From Arcobacteraceae bacterium (GTDB taxonomy: Bacteria > Campylobacterota > Campylobacteria > Campylobacterales > Arcobacteraceae), in the NCBI GenBank assembly GCA_965224485.1, contig CBDCZH010000015.1:288001-352000 (forward strand): a stretch of 64,000 nucleotides of DNA, read 5' to 3'. The notes beneath the pieces are model-generated. The model was not told the DNA's origin. It searched no databases and saw only the letters and a list, made by a program, of their open reading frames with translations. The position numbers and the translations under genes are program-made. How positions within the stretch are numbered: position 1 is the stretch's first letter; every line of letters begins with the position of its first letter. This document shows positions 10,999-22,132 of the stretch, piece after piece.

Positions 10999-12174
10999 AT
11001 GAATTTACATGAATACCAGGCAAAAAACTTATATAGAAAATATGACATTCCTACGACTAAAGGAAAGTTATTAACTCACCCAAATCAGTTAGATGAAATA
11101 CTAAACACTATTGGAAAAGATAAGTGGGTTATAAAAGCACAAGTTCACGCAGGCGGAAGAGGAAAAGCTAAGGGTGTAGTTTTAGTTGATTCTAAACATG
11201 AAGCAAAAGAAGAAGTAAGAAGGCTTTTAGGCAGTAATCTTGTAACACATCAAACTACTAAAGAAGGTCAAGCAGTAAACTCTATTTATATAGAAGAACC
11301 TTGTGATATTTTAGAAGAAATATATCTAGCTTTTATAGTTGATAGAACAACTGGGCGAATTATGATTATAACTTCAAGTGAAGGTGGAATGGAAATTGAA
11401 GAAGTAGCTAGTAAATTCCCTAATAAAATTCTAAGAAACCCTATAAACCCAATTGTAGGAATTATGCCAGCTCAATGTAGACAAATCTGTGATGATTTAG
11501 GGCTTGATAAAACTCTTAGTGCTCAAATGATAGATTTATTACAAAAACTTTATAAAATGTTTGTTGAAAATGACTTATCTTTAATTGAAATTAATCCTTT
11601 AGTTATCACTAAACAAGGGTACTTATTATGCTTAGATGGAAAAGTTGTAGTTGATAATTCTGCTTTATACAGACAAGATAAAATGAATGAAATTAGAGAT
11701 GAAACACAAGAAGACCAAAGAGAATTAAAAGCACAAAAGCTAGATCTTAATTATGTATCACTTGATGGAAATATTGGATGTATGGTAAATGGAGCTGGTT
11801 TAGCAATGGCTACTATGGATTTAATTGCTACTTATGGAGAAATGCCTGCTAATTTTTTAGATGTAGGTGGTAGTGTAAATGAAAAAAGAGTTATTCAAGC
11901 TTTTGAAATTATTCTAAGTGATACAAAAGTTGAAGGTATTTTAGTTAATATTTTTGGAGGAATTGTTAGATGTGATATTATTGCATCTGGTATTATAGCT
12001 GCCGTTCAAAACCTAGATATAAAAATACCTATAGTTATAAGATTAGAAGGAACAAATGCAAAAGAAGGTTTAGACTTAATTAAACAATCATCTTTAAAAG
12101 TTTATGAAGAAAATGATTTAGACAAAGCTGCAAAAAAAATAATAGATCTAATTAGAAAAAAGGAAGCTAAATAA
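10999..12174 (+). CDS. sucC: Succinyl-CoA synthetase beta subunit
   Basis: [48 protein letters not shown]. Confidence 0.97.
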   Translation: MNLHEYQAKNLYRKYDIPTTKGKLLTHPNQLDEILNTIGKDKWVIKAQVHAGGRGKAKGVVLVDSKHEAKEEVRRLLGSNLVTHQTTKEGQAVNSIYIEEPCDILEEIYLAFIVDRTTGRIMIITSSEGGMEIEEVASKFPNKILRNPINPIVGIMPAQCRQICDDLGLDKTLSAQMIDLLQKLYKMFVENDLSLIEINPLVITKQGYLLCLDGKVVVDNSALYRQDKMNEIRDETQEDQRELKAQKLDLNYVSLDGNIGCMVNGAGLAMATMDLIATYGEMPANFLDVGGSVNEKRVIQAFEIILSDTKVEGILVNIFGGIVRCDIIASGIIAAVQNLDIKIPIVIRLEGTNAKEGLDLIKQSSLKVYEENDLDKAAKKIIDLIRKKEAK

Positions 12175-13043
12175 TGGCTATTTTAATTAATAAAGATACA
12201 AAAGTTTTAGTTCAAGGTTTAACAGGAACACAGGCAAGTTTTCACACACAAAATGCCATAAGTTATGGAACAAATATTGTTTGTGGTGTAGTTCCAGGGA
12301 AACGTGGACAAACACACTTAGATCGCCCTATTTATAATACCGTAGCTTGTGCTGTGAATTTAACTGGGGCTAATGCTTCTATTATTTATGTTCCAGCACC
12401 TTTTTGTAAAGATGCAATTATTGAAGCAGCTGAGAATGGAATAGAAACTATTGTATGTATTACAGAAGGTATTCCTACTTTAGATATGTTAGATATAAAA
12501 GCAGTAGTAGATTTAAATGGTGTTACTTTAATAGGTCCAAACTGCCCTGGTATTATAACTCCAGGAGAGTGTAAAATGGGTATTATGCCAGCACAAATAC
12601 ATATGCCAGGTTCTGTTGGAATAGTATCACGTTCTGGAACTTTAACATATGAGGCAGTAAATCAATCAACACTTGCAGGATATGGACAAAGTACTTGTGT
12701 AGGTATTGGTGGAGATGCTGTTCCTGGAAGTGATTTTATAGATATGCTTAAACTATTTCAAGAAGATGAACAAACTAAAGTTATTGTTTTAATTGGTGAA
12801 ATAGGAGGAGCTAAAGAAGAAATGGCTGCTGAGTATATTAAACAATACATCACAAAACCCATTGTTTCATATATAGCAGGAGTAACAGCACCTAGGGGTA
12901 AACGTATGGGTCATGCAGGAGCTATTATTGATGGAAGCAAAGGAACTGCAATTGAGAAATATGCAGCGTTGCAGCGTGCTGGTGTTTACACTGTTAAAAC
13001 TATTACAGGAATAAAAGAAGCTTTATTAGAGGTACATCCTTAA
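12174..13043 (+). CDS. sucD: Succinyl-CoA synthetase alpha subunit
   Basis: [22 protein letters not shown] (phospho-His). Confidence 0.97.
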   Translation: MAILINKDTKVLVQGLTGTQASFHTQNAISYGTNIVCGVVPGKRGQTHLDRPIYNTVACAVNLTGANASIIYVPAPFCKDAIIEAAENGIETIVCITEGIPTLDMLDIKAVVDLNGVTLIGPNCPGIITPGECKMGIMPAQIHMPGSVGIVSRSGTLTYEAVNQSTLAGYGQSTCVGIGGDAVPGSDFIDMLKLFQEDEQTKVIVLIGEIGGAKEEMAAEYIKQYITKPIVSYIAGVTAPRGKRMGHAGAIIDGSKGTAIEKYAALQRAGVYTVKTITGIKEALLEVHP

Positions 13044-13116
13044 AATAAATCTTAGCTATTTATTTTTTTCTTATTTTAAACTTTATAGCTGTAAAATAAG
13101 AAAAAAAGGAAGTATT

Positions 13117-13299
13117 ATGTCAAGTATTACAATTATATTTTTAATCTTAATTGTTTCACTTTGGTTTTATTGTTTTATATCTATAATAAGCAATAAGTTT
13201 AAAAATAAACAAGCAAAAACATTTTGGATCATTGCAATAATTTTTGTTCCTTTATTATCTTTTTTTTATATCTTCTTAAAAAAAGATTTATTAGAATAA
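13117..13299 (+). CDS. Small two-TM membrane protein (PLDc N-terminal-like)
   Basis: Two hydrophobic helices with K..W...I.FVP motif; AAGGAAG SD. Confidence 0.6.
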   Translation: MSSITIIFLILIVSLWFYCFISIISNKFKNKQAKTFWIIAIIFVPLLSFFYIFLKKDLLE

Positions 13300-13356
13300 G
13301 AGTTTTTAAGTGATTTTGTTAATCTTGTTATACAATAAATATCAATAAGAAGAAAA

Positions 13357-14091
13357 ATGAATTTAACAAAAGAACAAATATGCGAGTTTGAAACAAATGG
13401 TTTTTTAATAATAAAAAACTTTGCAGATAAAAATAGCTGTGATGAGATTTTAAGAAAAGCACAAAAACACTTAGAAGAAAAAGTTGCTCCTTTTGAAAGT
13501 GAAAATGAGTACTTACAAAAAACAAATAAGAATTCATGCATTAGAAGACTAAGACAGGTTTACCAAAGAGAAAATGTTTTCAAAAATTGGATGGAAAATA
13601 AGAAAATTCGTTTAATATTAAAAACCTTATTAAAAGATACTCCCGTTCTTACTTTAGCCCACCATAACTCAATTATGACAAAACTACCAGAACTAAGTTC
13701 AAGAACTTCTTGGCATCAAGATATACGGTACTGGAACTTTTCAAATGACAATTTAATTTCTGTTTGGTTATGTTTAGATGAAGAATACTTAGAAAATGGT
13801 TTATTAGAATTTATTCCAAAAAGTCATAAACTATCTTTAAAAAAAGAACAATTTGATAATAAATCAAACTTTTTAGAGAACAATGAAGAAAATCAAGAAC
13901 TAATAAAAACAAGAGTTCATTCTAATCTTTCTAAGGGTGATATAGTTTTATTTCATTGTAAAACATTACATCATGCAAATAAAAACACTTCTTTAAAAAC
14001 AAAAATATCATTTGTTTATACTGTTAGAGCTTTAAATAATAAAGCTATTAAAAATACAAGAAGTGATGCAAGTGAAATAGTTTTATCTTAA
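13357..14091 (+). CDS. Phytanoyl-CoA dioxygenase (PhyH) family Fe(II)/2OG oxygenase
   Basis: WHQD (HxD), ENGLLEFIPKSH, GDIVLFH...HH. Confidence 0.9.
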   Translation: MNLTKEQICEFETNGFLIIKNFADKNSCDEILRKAQKHLEEKVAPFESENEYLQKTNKNSCIRRLRQVYQRENVFKNWMENKKIRLILKTLLKDTPVLTLAHHNSIMTKLPELSSRTSWHQDIRYWNFSNDNLISVWLCLDEEYLENGLLEFIPKSHKLSLKKEQFDNKSNFLENNEENQELIKTRVHSNLSKGDIVLFHCKTLHHANKNTSLKTKISFVYTVRALNNKAIKNTRSDASEIVLS

Positions 14092-14468
14092 AAATATTCA
14101 CTTAAAGATGAAGCTTGAAGACCATGGGCTACTGGTTTTTTATTAAAATCTAGAGCAACTATAACAATTTCATCAATATGTAAAATTGTTTTATTTGTAG
14201 TTTTATTTTTTATTTCACATCTTACAGTTATTGAAGTTGTTCCTATTTTTAATAGTTTTGCACCTAAAATTACAATATCACCAATATTTGCAACACTTTT
14301 AAAACTAACTTCTGACATTTTAACTAGGGCTATTTTATTAGTTTTTAAAATAGTTGAAGCAAAAATAATAGCTTCTTCATCTATCCAAGCTAAAGCCATA
14401 CCTCCAAACAAGATTCCAGCAGCATTTAAATGTGGATACATTACCATTCTTTGTGAGTTATATTCCAA
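14088..14468 (-). CDS. Hotdog-fold acyl-CoA thioesterase
   Basis: HLNAAGILFGG...WIDE and IGTTSITV motifs. Confidence 0.85.
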   Translation of the reverse strand: MEYNSQRMVMYPHLNAAGILFGGMALAWIDEEAIIFASTILKTNKIALVKMSEVSFKSVANIGDIVILGAKLLKIGTTSITVRCEIKNKTTNKTILHIDEIVIVALDFNKKPVAHGLQASSLSEYF

Positions 14469-14525
14469 GACTTAACCTTTTATCATTTTTATATTTTATT
14501 ATATCTATTTAAACTAAAGCAAAGT

Positions 14526-15320
14526 CTAAAAAGAGTTTTTTGGAAAAAAGAGTTCATACTGTTTGGGTATTTTACTCAAAGACTCTAATTCTTTAACTCT
14601 AAAACCTTCTTTAAGTAAAGCAGCTCTTATAATTTTTTTATTATAATCAAAAATATCTTCATCATTTAAATAAACTTCTACATCAATCCATTTGCACTCA
14701 GCTATCTCTTGTGTATCTTCTATATTAATTTCATTACTTAAAGCTTTTGCAGTACATAAAATATATAAATTACTTTTATCAAATTGATGAGGATAAAAAT
14801 GACCTAAAGAAATAATACTTTCAAACTCGACTTCTATTCCTGTTTCTTCTTTTACTTCTCGTTTTACTGCACTTTGTATTAGCTCAGCATCATCAATATG
14901 ACCACCTGGTAGTTTAAATCCAATGTTTGAGCATCTTTCTTTTATTACTAAAAGTTCGTTTTTCTCATTTATTACAACAACACCTACTCCTAAAGTATGG
15001 TTAGAAGCTGTTGGAATTATTGCATCTTTTATTAATCTTTTTACTAAAAGTATTTTATTGCGTTGACAAGTATGATAAAAAAAATCTTCTTTTTGCAAAG
15101 AAGCAATAAACTTGGAGTCTTTAATATCTAAATATATCCAAATAAGTTTATAATTTTTAATAGTACAGAGTTTTATTAAAGAAGAAATTCTTTTCTCAAA
15201 ACTAGGTATATCATCTTTTAACTCTTGTAAAGGCACGGTTAAACCCTCATATTTATCAATAAAAACGTCAAAGTTTTCTTCTTGTTCAATATCTTTTACA
15301 TCTTTAATTTCATCACTCAT
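14526..15320 (-). CDS. Nudix hydrolase (NUDT6-like)
   Basis: Nudix box PGGHIDDAE...KREVKEETGI with an N-terminal pre-Nudix extension. Confidence 0.85.
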   Translation of the reverse strand: MSDEIKDVKDIEQEENFDVFIDKYEGLTVPLQELKDDIPSFEKRISSLIKLCTIKNYKLIWIYLDIKDSKFIASLQKEDFFYHTCQRNKILLVKRLIKDAIIPTASNHTLGVGVVVINEKNELLVIKERCSNIGFKLPGGHIDDAELIQSAVKREVKEETGIEVEFESIISLGHFYPHQFDKSNLYILCTAKALSNEINIEDTQEIAECKWIDVEVYLNDEDIFDYNKKIIRAALLKEGFRVKELESLSKIPKQYELFFPKNSF

Positions 15321-17440
15321 TATAAGCCTTTTTCTAAGTATTCATGAAGATAAAGGTTTTGTCTTAAATCTTTATAATTTTGCAATTTTAAACCATTTTC
15401 TATCCATGCTTTTATATCAAGGGGTATTTTTATAGGTTCTAATAAGCTAATTTTTTTAGTCTTTGATATTTTATTATGTTCAAGAAGCAATGAAATGTGA
15501 GAAAGAATTGAGTTTAAAGAGAGGTCTCTAATTTGTGATATTTCATCTAAGGATTTTCCTTCTTCTAATAAGTCAAGCGTTTCTAAATATGTTTTAGTAA
15601 GTTTTTTTAAGTTAATATTATTTTCGAGTTCATTTTTATTTTCTTCTTTTATTCTTTTACAAAGATCTAAAAAAACTTCACCATATTTTTCATATTTAAC
15701 TTCCCCAATTCCATTTATTTGTAAAAAATCTTCTTTATTCAAAGGTAATTTTACACTTAATTCTTTTAAGGTTTTATCTCCAAAAATAACATAAGCAGGA
15801 ACTTCATTTTCATTTGCGATTTGCCTTCTTAAAGCTCTAAACTCTTCAAATAATTTATCAGTAAAACTAAGTTCTTGCTCTTCTTCTTCGATAATTTGAA
15901 TTTTTCCTAGTTTATCAGAGTCAATAAGAACATCAAACTTATTTTTTAATATATCAAAAGCTAAAGAACTAAGTTTTAAAACTCTGTATTCACCTAAAAC
16001 AATAGCTTCTAAATCAATTAATTTATCAGCAATTGCAATCCATTCATTTTTATTCTTTTCTTTCCCAATTCCATAAACAGAAAGTTTATCATGGGCTAAA
16101 TCTAATAGTTTTTGATTTTTACTGGCTCTTAAAATATCAATTATATGATTAATCCCAAATCTTTGTTCACTTCTATAAATTGCTGATAAAAGTTTTTGAG
16201 CATCTACATTTACATTTATTTGTTCAACATCTTCTTTTGTACAGCTATCACAAAACTCTTTACAAACTTCTATTTCATCATCAAAATATTTAGCAATTAT
16301 TACATGACGGCAATTATTAGAAATACAGTACCTATACATCTTTTCTAATTTCTCTTTTGCTGTTTGATTATAAGCTTTATCAAACCCTTCATCAATTTGA
16401 ATACTTCTTTTAATTTCATCAGATTTTGAATACAATAAATGCACATAAGATAAGGCTCCATCCCTTCCAGCACGACCTATTTCTTGATAATAGTTTTCTA
16501 ATGTTTTAGGCATAGAAGTGTGTAAAACAAAGCGTATATTACTTTTATCAATTCCCATTCCAAAAGCAATGGTAGCAACAACTATATCAATTTTTTCATA
16601 TACAAAATCATTGAAAACATCATTTTTAATTTCTACACTTAAACCAGCATGATAAGCTTTAGCAGAATAACCCTCAACACATAGATATTTAGCTGTATTT
16701 TCAGCCTCTTTTCGTGTAAAGGTATAAATAATTCCACATAAACCCTTATGTGTTTTTAAAAAATTTAATATTTGTTTTTTTCCATTAGTTATTCTAGGGG
16801 AGCATGAAATAATCAAATTATCTCTTTGTGTTTTAGCTCTAAATTCTTTAAAATTCTCTAAGTTTAAACTCAAAGCCATATCTTTTTGCACTTTTTTAGT
16901 AGCAGTTGCTGTAAAAGCAGCAATAGCAGTATTTGGGAAGAATTGTTTTAATCTATTTAAGTTTCTATATTCTGCTCTAAATTCATGTCCCCAAGCAGAA
17001 ACACAGTGAGCCTCATCTATTACAAAATAATTTATGTTAACTCTTTGTAAAACACTTACAAAATCATTTGAAGTAAAACGCTCAGGAGCAACATAAATAA
17101 ATTGTAGTTTTTCCTCTAAGAGTTCTTGCAAAACTAAAGAATTTTCGTTTGCGCTAAAAGAAGAGTTAATCATAGAAGCTTTAAGATTTAAGGCTCTTAA
17201 TGCTCTTACTTGGTCTTGCATTAAAGCAATTAAAGGAGAGATAACAACAGTAACACCTGTTAAAAGAAGAGTTGGTAATTGGTAACAAAGAGATTTACCA
17301 CCACCTGTTGGAAGAATTACTAAAACATCTTCTTTATTTAAAATTGTATCAACTACTTCTTCTTGAAAAAAACGAAAAGATTCATGTCCAAAAGTATTTT
17401 TTAAAATATCATATTTTTTTTGCATTGGCAATTTTAACAT
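15320..17440 (-). CDS. recQ: ATP-dependent DNA helicase RecQ
   Basis: PTGGGKS, DEAHCVSAWGHEFR, QEIGRAGRDG, Zn-binding cysteines, HRDC domain. Confidence 0.97.
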   Translation of the reverse strand: MLKLPMQKKYDILKNTFGHESFRFFQEEVVDTILNKEDVLVILPTGGGKSLCYQLPTLLLTGVTVVISPLIALMQDQVRALRALNLKASMINSSFSANENSLVLQELLEEKLQFIYVAPERFTSNDFVSVLQRVNINYFVIDEAHCVSAWGHEFRAEYRNLNRLKQFFPNTAIAAFTATATKKVQKDMALSLNLENFKEFRAKTQRDNLIISCSPRITNGKKQILNFLKTHKGLCGIIYTFTRKEAENTAKYLCVEGYSAKAYHAGLSVEIKNDVFNDFVYEKIDIVVATIAFGMGIDKSNIRFVLHTSMPKTLENYYQEIGRAGRDGALSYVHLLYSKSDEIKRSIQIDEGFDKAYNQTAKEKLEKMYRYCISNNCRHVIIAKYFDDEIEVCKEFCDSCTKEDVEQINVNVDAQKLLSAIYRSEQRFGINHIIDILRASKNQKLLDLAHDKLSVYGIGKEKNKNEWIAIADKLIDLEAIVLGEYRVLKLSSLAFDILKNKFDVLIDSDKLGKIQIIEEEEQELSFTDKLFEEFRALRRQIANENEVPAYVIFGDKTLKELSVKLPLNKEDFLQINGIGEVKYEKYGEVFLDLCKRIKEENKNELENNINLKKLTKTYLETLDLLEEGKSLDEISQIRDLSLNSILSHISLLLEHNKISKTKKISLLEPIKIPLDIKAWIENGLKLQNYKDLRQNLYLHEYLEKGL

Positions 17441-17496
17441 ACTTTGTATAAAGTAGTACTAATGATTTATTTTATTCTTGTTGGTATTTCTTGTGA

Positions 17497-18693
17497 TTAA
17501 TTTTTAGGAAATTCTATAAAAAACTTAGCTCCAAATTCTGTGTTTTTTGCATAAAGTTTACCCTTTAAATTATTTACTACTATGTTAAAACCTGAATATA
17601 AACCTATTCCTGTTCCATTTTTTTTACTCTTAGTAGTGAAATTTAAATCAAAGATATTTTCAAGTATATCTTCATTGATTCCATTAGCATTATCTTCAAT
17701 AGTAATTAATATAGAATCTTTTTGTTCAAATATTGCATATTTAATCCATTTGTTTTTTATATTTTGACCCTCAAAAGCTTCTTTTGCATTATTAAAAATA
17801 GAAATTAATACTTGTAATAATTCTCCTAAAATAATTTTATATAAAATCGGTTTTTTTTCAATAAAGTCTTGAATAATCTCTATTTGCTTAAAATCAAAAG
17901 ATTGTTTTACCATTAATGAAGCCATAATTACTCTATCTTGAATAATAACTTCTTTTATTTTATTTGAATATTGAATATAATCTCTAAATTCATCAATTGT
18001 TTTTGATAAAATTTGTACATTATTAGTAATATTATCTACATAATGAAAAAAATCATTATCATTTAACATATCTAATTCTTTTTGCACTTTCATTCCACTA
18101 GCAGCTGTTGAAATTACGCACAAAGGTTCTCTCCATTGATGGGCAATATTTCCAATTAATTCACCCATTTGAACCATTTTATGTTGAGCTTGAATTTGTT
18201 TTTCTTTTTCAATATTAAGTTTAATTAATCTTAATACTTTACTATCAAGTTCTTTTTTATTCTCTTCTAATATTTTATTTTTACTTTCTAAAGCATTTGT
18301 GTATAAACAGGCATTTATACTATGGTTTATTTTTTCGCTTAAAGACTCAAGAAGAGAGACAACAGGCTCAAGAGCCTGCTCTTTTTTATAGAAGAAAAAA
18401 AGAATTGCTTTTTCAAATTTCATAAGCACTTTATTTGTATTTTCATTAAAACTAGAATTAATAATATTTGCATTATTATTTTCTTCAAGAATATTATTTA
18501 TATCTATTTTGATTTTTTTTCCAAAAGTAATATAGCTATTTATATCATTATTTAACAAGTATAAGCTTACATTTATAGCAGAAGTTTCATAGGCAAAAAC
18601 TCTATAAAGTTCTTTAATCATCATATTTATATCTAAAGAATTTCCAATTGCACAAGAACAAGATAAAGAATTTAAAGATTTATTATTAGACAT
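17497..18693 (-). CDS. Orphan sensor histidine kinase
   Basis: H-box IAHQWREP, N-box NNAKEA, DNANG, GTGIGL; no adjacent response regulator. Confidence 0.9.
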   Translation of the reverse strand: MSNNKSLNSLSCSCAIGNSLDINMMIKELYRVFAYETSAINVSLYLLNNDINSYITFGKKIKIDINNILEENNNANIINSSFNENTNKVLMKFEKAILFFFYKKEQALEPVVSLLESLSEKINHSINACLYTNALESKNKILEENKKELDSKVLRLIKLNIEKEKQIQAQHKMVQMGELIGNIAHQWREPLCVISTAASGMKVQKELDMLNDNDFFHYVDNITNNVQILSKTIDEFRDYIQYSNKIKEVIIQDRVIMASLMVKQSFDFKQIEIIQDFIEKKPILYKIILGELLQVLISIFNNAKEAFEGQNIKNKWIKYAIFEQKDSILITIEDNANGINEDILENIFDLNFTTKSKKNGTGIGLYSGFNIVVNNLKGKLYAKNTEFGAKFFIEFPKN

Positions 18694-18895
18694 TTTACCA
18701 ACTTATATTTTTTATTATTTTATTTGAACCATCTTACTAAATAAAAATAAGTTTAAAATTAAATGAATACGATTCTTAGTTTTTTTTTACAAAAAAAACA
18801 AATTAAAATACAAAAGTATAAATAAATTATATGAATGCTTGTTTATTGCTATGATTCATTGTTATACTTTGAATATTAACAAGGGAGTAGAAAAA

Positions 18896-20008
18896 ATGAA
18901 AAAATTTTTATATATTACAGATCAAGAAGAGTATGCAGATCATAGTTTTATAGGTCCTTTATTTGAAAAATATTTAAAAGAATATTATATTGTTGATATT
19001 GTTTATTTTACAGAATTTAAATCTGACTTTGAAAAAAAAGATGAACATAGATTTATTGTTCCAAGCAGATACAAAACTACTATTTTAGACGAACTTTTAA
19101 GAAATGATATACAAATAAAAGATTATTCTTACATAGTTGTTAGAAATACAAGTGAAATATTAAAACATGTATTAAAACAAAGGAACGCTTATAATTATAA
19201 GGTTGGATATAGATTATCTTTTCCAAAACGTCTTGCTAAAATGAAAACAGATATTGCAAATAAAACAGCTGGTTTATTTGATACTTTAAGTAATAAGTTC
19301 AAAACACATAATGAAACAAAAATGATTAATGATTGTGACCTTTTTCTTCCTACCTCTGTTCGAATGTTTGAAGAGTTTTTCCAAGATGTTACTATAGAAA
19401 TGATAGCTTGTCCCCCAGCAATTGATCCAGAAATTTTACATGAAAATGTTCAACATGAAAAAGAAGAAAAAAGATTTTTTTATGCTGGAACTTTAGATAA
19501 ATTGAGAGAATTCGAAACAGTATTAGAAGCTTTTAACGAAGTTAAAAGTACTAAGTGGAAACTTACAATTTCGAGTAAAGATCCAAAATATGCACAAAAG
19601 ATGGTTGATTCTTACAACTCATTGGGTGACAAAGTAGAAATTAAAAATGCAAAAACTAAAAACGAGTTATTAGAGTTAATTTCTTTAGCAGATGTAGGGG
19701 TTGCTCTTTTACCAGATATTGCTTTATATAATACATCAACACCAGTAAAGATTTTGGATTATTATTCATCAGGGGTTCCTTCTCTTATGACAAATTCTGC
19801 AAATTCAAATAGAATTTTTACAGATGATTTTGATACTTGGTTTTGTGATTTTACAAAAGATTCTATAAAAGAAAAAATAGAATATATAATTTCTTTATCA
19901 AAAGAAGAAGTAAGTACTGTTGGAATAAATGGGCAACAAAGACTTTTAAATATAAGAAACTATAAAAGTGTTGCTTTAAAATTAGCAAAAAAACTAGAAT
20001 CTTTATAA
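18896..20008 (+). CDS. GT-B (GT4-like) glycosyltransferase
   Basis: FFYAGTL and STPVKILDYYSSGVP C-terminal motif; ATG after AAGGGAG SD; TGTTATACT extended -10 upstream. Confidence 0.8.
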   Translation: MKKFLYITDQEEYADHSFIGPLFEKYLKEYYIVDIVYFTEFKSDFEKKDEHRFIVPSRYKTTILDELLRNDIQIKDYSYIVVRNTSEILKHVLKQRNAYNYKVGYRLSFPKRLAKMKTDIANKTAGLFDTLSNKFKTHNETKMINDCDLFLPTSVRMFEEFFQDVTIEMIACPPAIDPEILHENVQHEKEEKRFFYAGTLDKLREFETVLEAFNEVKSTKWKLTISSKDPKYAQKMVDSYNSLGDKVEIKNAKTKNELLELISLADVGVALLPDIALYNTSTPVKILDYYSSGVPSLMTNSANSNRIFTDDFDTWFCDFTKDSIKEKIEYIISLSKEEVSTVGINGQQRLLNIRNYKSVALKLAKKLESL

Positions 20009-20027
20009 AAAGAAGCTTTTGCTTCTT

Positions 20028-20819
20028 TTATTTTTTATCCCAAGAAATAAGAGCCCATTGTACATAAGAAGTAGAAGGGTTATTATTTTTGATTTCTTTT
20101 TCATAATATTCTTCTAATTTTTCCTCTTCGATAGAAGATAAGTCTCCAATACTCCAAATTATAGATTTTTTAAAAGCATTAAAGTTTTCATAAGAAGAGT
20201 TTCTTCCTTCGCTTCTTACAAAATTTAAAGAAGCTCTAATCCCCATATTATATAAAATATTTAACAAATAAATATAATCTGGTTTTTTGTTTACCTTCTT
20301 ATTTATTGCTTTTAATATATTCTCACTTACAAAAGAGCCCCCTACTTTATACGAAAGTAAAACTCTAATATTTGCCTTATCATTTAGTTTTTCCAAGGCT
20401 TGTTTCATATCTTTTACTTCCATACATCTAGAAGCTAAAACTAAATCAGCCTTAGGTATGGCTTGCCAAGAATCATACCAAGAAGAGTTAATAGTATTTA
20501 TATTTGTAATATTCATCTGTTTTGCGTTTATTTGTAATAGTTCTAACATTTTACTTGAAAAGTCCAAAGCAGTGATTTGTTCAAACTTAGGGGCTAATAA
20601 TAAAGATAAGTTTCCTACCCCACAACCAACATCTAATAAAGTTTTACAATTTTTAGTATTAAGTAAAGATAATAATTCTTGGTTATATATTGACTTATGA
20701 ACACTTTTATTCATTGAAGTAGCTTTTTTATTCCAAGATTCTTTATCTTTTGCTTTAAAAGTACTGTTCTTTTTTTCATTTATATATATTTCATTAAAAT
20801 CTATATCTTCTATTATCAT
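20028..20819 (-). CDS. Class I SAM-dependent methyltransferase
   Basis: LLDVGCGVG motif I and ALDFSSKML. Confidence 0.9.
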   Translation of the reverse strand: MIIEDIDFNEIYINEKKNSTFKAKDKESWNKKATSMNKSVHKSIYNQELLSLLNTKNCKTLLDVGCGVGNLSLLLAPKFEQITALDFSSKMLELLQINAKQMNITNINTINSSWYDSWQAIPKADLVLASRCMEVKDMKQALEKLNDKANIRVLLSYKVGGSFVSENILKAINKKVNKKPDYIYLLNILYNMGIRASLNFVRSEGRNSSYENFNAFKKSIIWSIGDLSSIEEEKLEEYYEKEIKNNNPSTSYVQWALISWDKK

Positions 20820-20989
20820 TTCTTCTCTTTTTAATTATTTGTTTACTGTATATTATATATAAAAACAAATAAATAGGTTATTTTATTCCCACTATTGTGA
20901 TTTTAAAATAAATATTTTAGTTATATTAACTAAATATTCATATTTTATGTATAATATTCTAATTAGCAAACAACCTTAAGGTGGACATT

Positions 20990-22096
20990 ATGAAAAAATT
21001 TTTGTATATTACAGATCAAGATGAATACACAGACCACAGTTTTATTGGCCCATTATTTAAAAACTATTTAAGAGAATTTTATGATGTAGATGTAGTATAC
21101 TTTTCTGATTTTAAAACAGACACACAATTTAAAGATGATAGATATGTTATTCCTTCTGCTTTTAAAGATGATGTTTTAGGAGAATTAGAAAGATATGGTG
21201 TTGATGTATCTTTATATTCTTATGTAACAATTAGAAATACTGGTGAAATTTTAAAATCAGTTCTTAAACAAAGAGATAAATATAATTTTAAAGTTGCTTA
21301 CAGATTTTCTTTTCCAAAAAGAAGAGCAAAATTAGCTTTTAGTAATAATACAAATATTTTTGATATTTTTACAGACAAGATTAAAACATATTCTGAAACT
21401 ACTATGATAAACCAATGTGACTTATTTATGCCAGCCTCAGTAAGAATGCAAGATGACTATTTCCAAGAAGTTACAAGTAAAACATTTATTATTCCTCCTG
21501 GAATTGATCCAGAAGTTTTACATCCTAATGTTCAACATAAAGGGGAGGAAAAAAGATTTTTCTTTGCAGGTGCTTTGGACAAAATCAGGGAATTTGATAC
21601 TGTTTTAGAAGCATTTTCAAAAGTGCGAAGTAATGGTTTTAAATTAATGTTAGCAACAGAAGAAGAAGATTATGCCAAAGAGTTAATAGCTAAATACCCA
21701 AGTTTAAAAATTGGAGTTAATGTTGACTTTTATGTAGCTACTAACAAACAAGAGTTATTAGAACTTATTGCAAAAGCAGATATAGGAATTTCTTTACTTC
21801 CTGATGTTTCTATATTTAATACCTCAACACCAGTTAAAGTTCTAAATTATTATTCATCTGCTATTCCTTGTATTATGAGTGATAATGCTGATACTTTAAA
21901 TATTTTTACTGATGATTTTGATGCTTGGTTTGCGAAGTTTGATGTAAACTCAATACAAGAAAAAGTTGAAGATATTTTACGTTTATCAAAAGAAGAAGTA
22001 ACAATAGTTGGAGAAAATGGTCAAAAACGATTATTAAATATAAGAAACTATAAAACAATGGCAGGAAAGATTTTTAAAGCTTTTGAAGCCTTATAA
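20990..22096 (+). CDS. GT-B (GT4-like) glycosyltransferase, paralog of 18896..20008
   Basis: Shares MKKFLYITDQ, DHSFIGPLF, NTSTPVK and RLLNIRNYK with the upstream copy. Confidence 0.8.
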   Translation: MKKFLYITDQDEYTDHSFIGPLFKNYLREFYDVDVVYFSDFKTDTQFKDDRYVIPSAFKDDVLGELERYGVDVSLYSYVTIRNTGEILKSVLKQRDKYNFKVAYRFSFPKRRAKLAFSNNTNIFDIFTDKIKTYSETTMINQCDLFMPASVRMQDDYFQEVTSKTFIIPPGIDPEVLHPNVQHKGEEKRFFFAGALDKIREFDTVLEAFSKVRSNGFKLMLATEEEDYAKELIAKYPSLKIGVNVDFYVATNKQELLELIAKADIGISLLPDVSIFNTSTPVKVLNYYSSAIPCIMSDNADTLNIFTDDFDAWFAKFDVNSIQEKVEDILRLSKEEVTIVGENGQKRLLNIRNYKTMAGKIFKAFEAL

Positions 22097-22127
22097 AAAA
22101 ATGCCTAAGATTTTCTTAGGCATTTTA
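22097..22127. terminator. Bidirectional terminator between convergent genes
   Basis: AAAATGCCTAAGA-TTT-TCTTAGGCATTTT. Confidence 0.75.
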
Positions 22128-22132
22128 CACTT

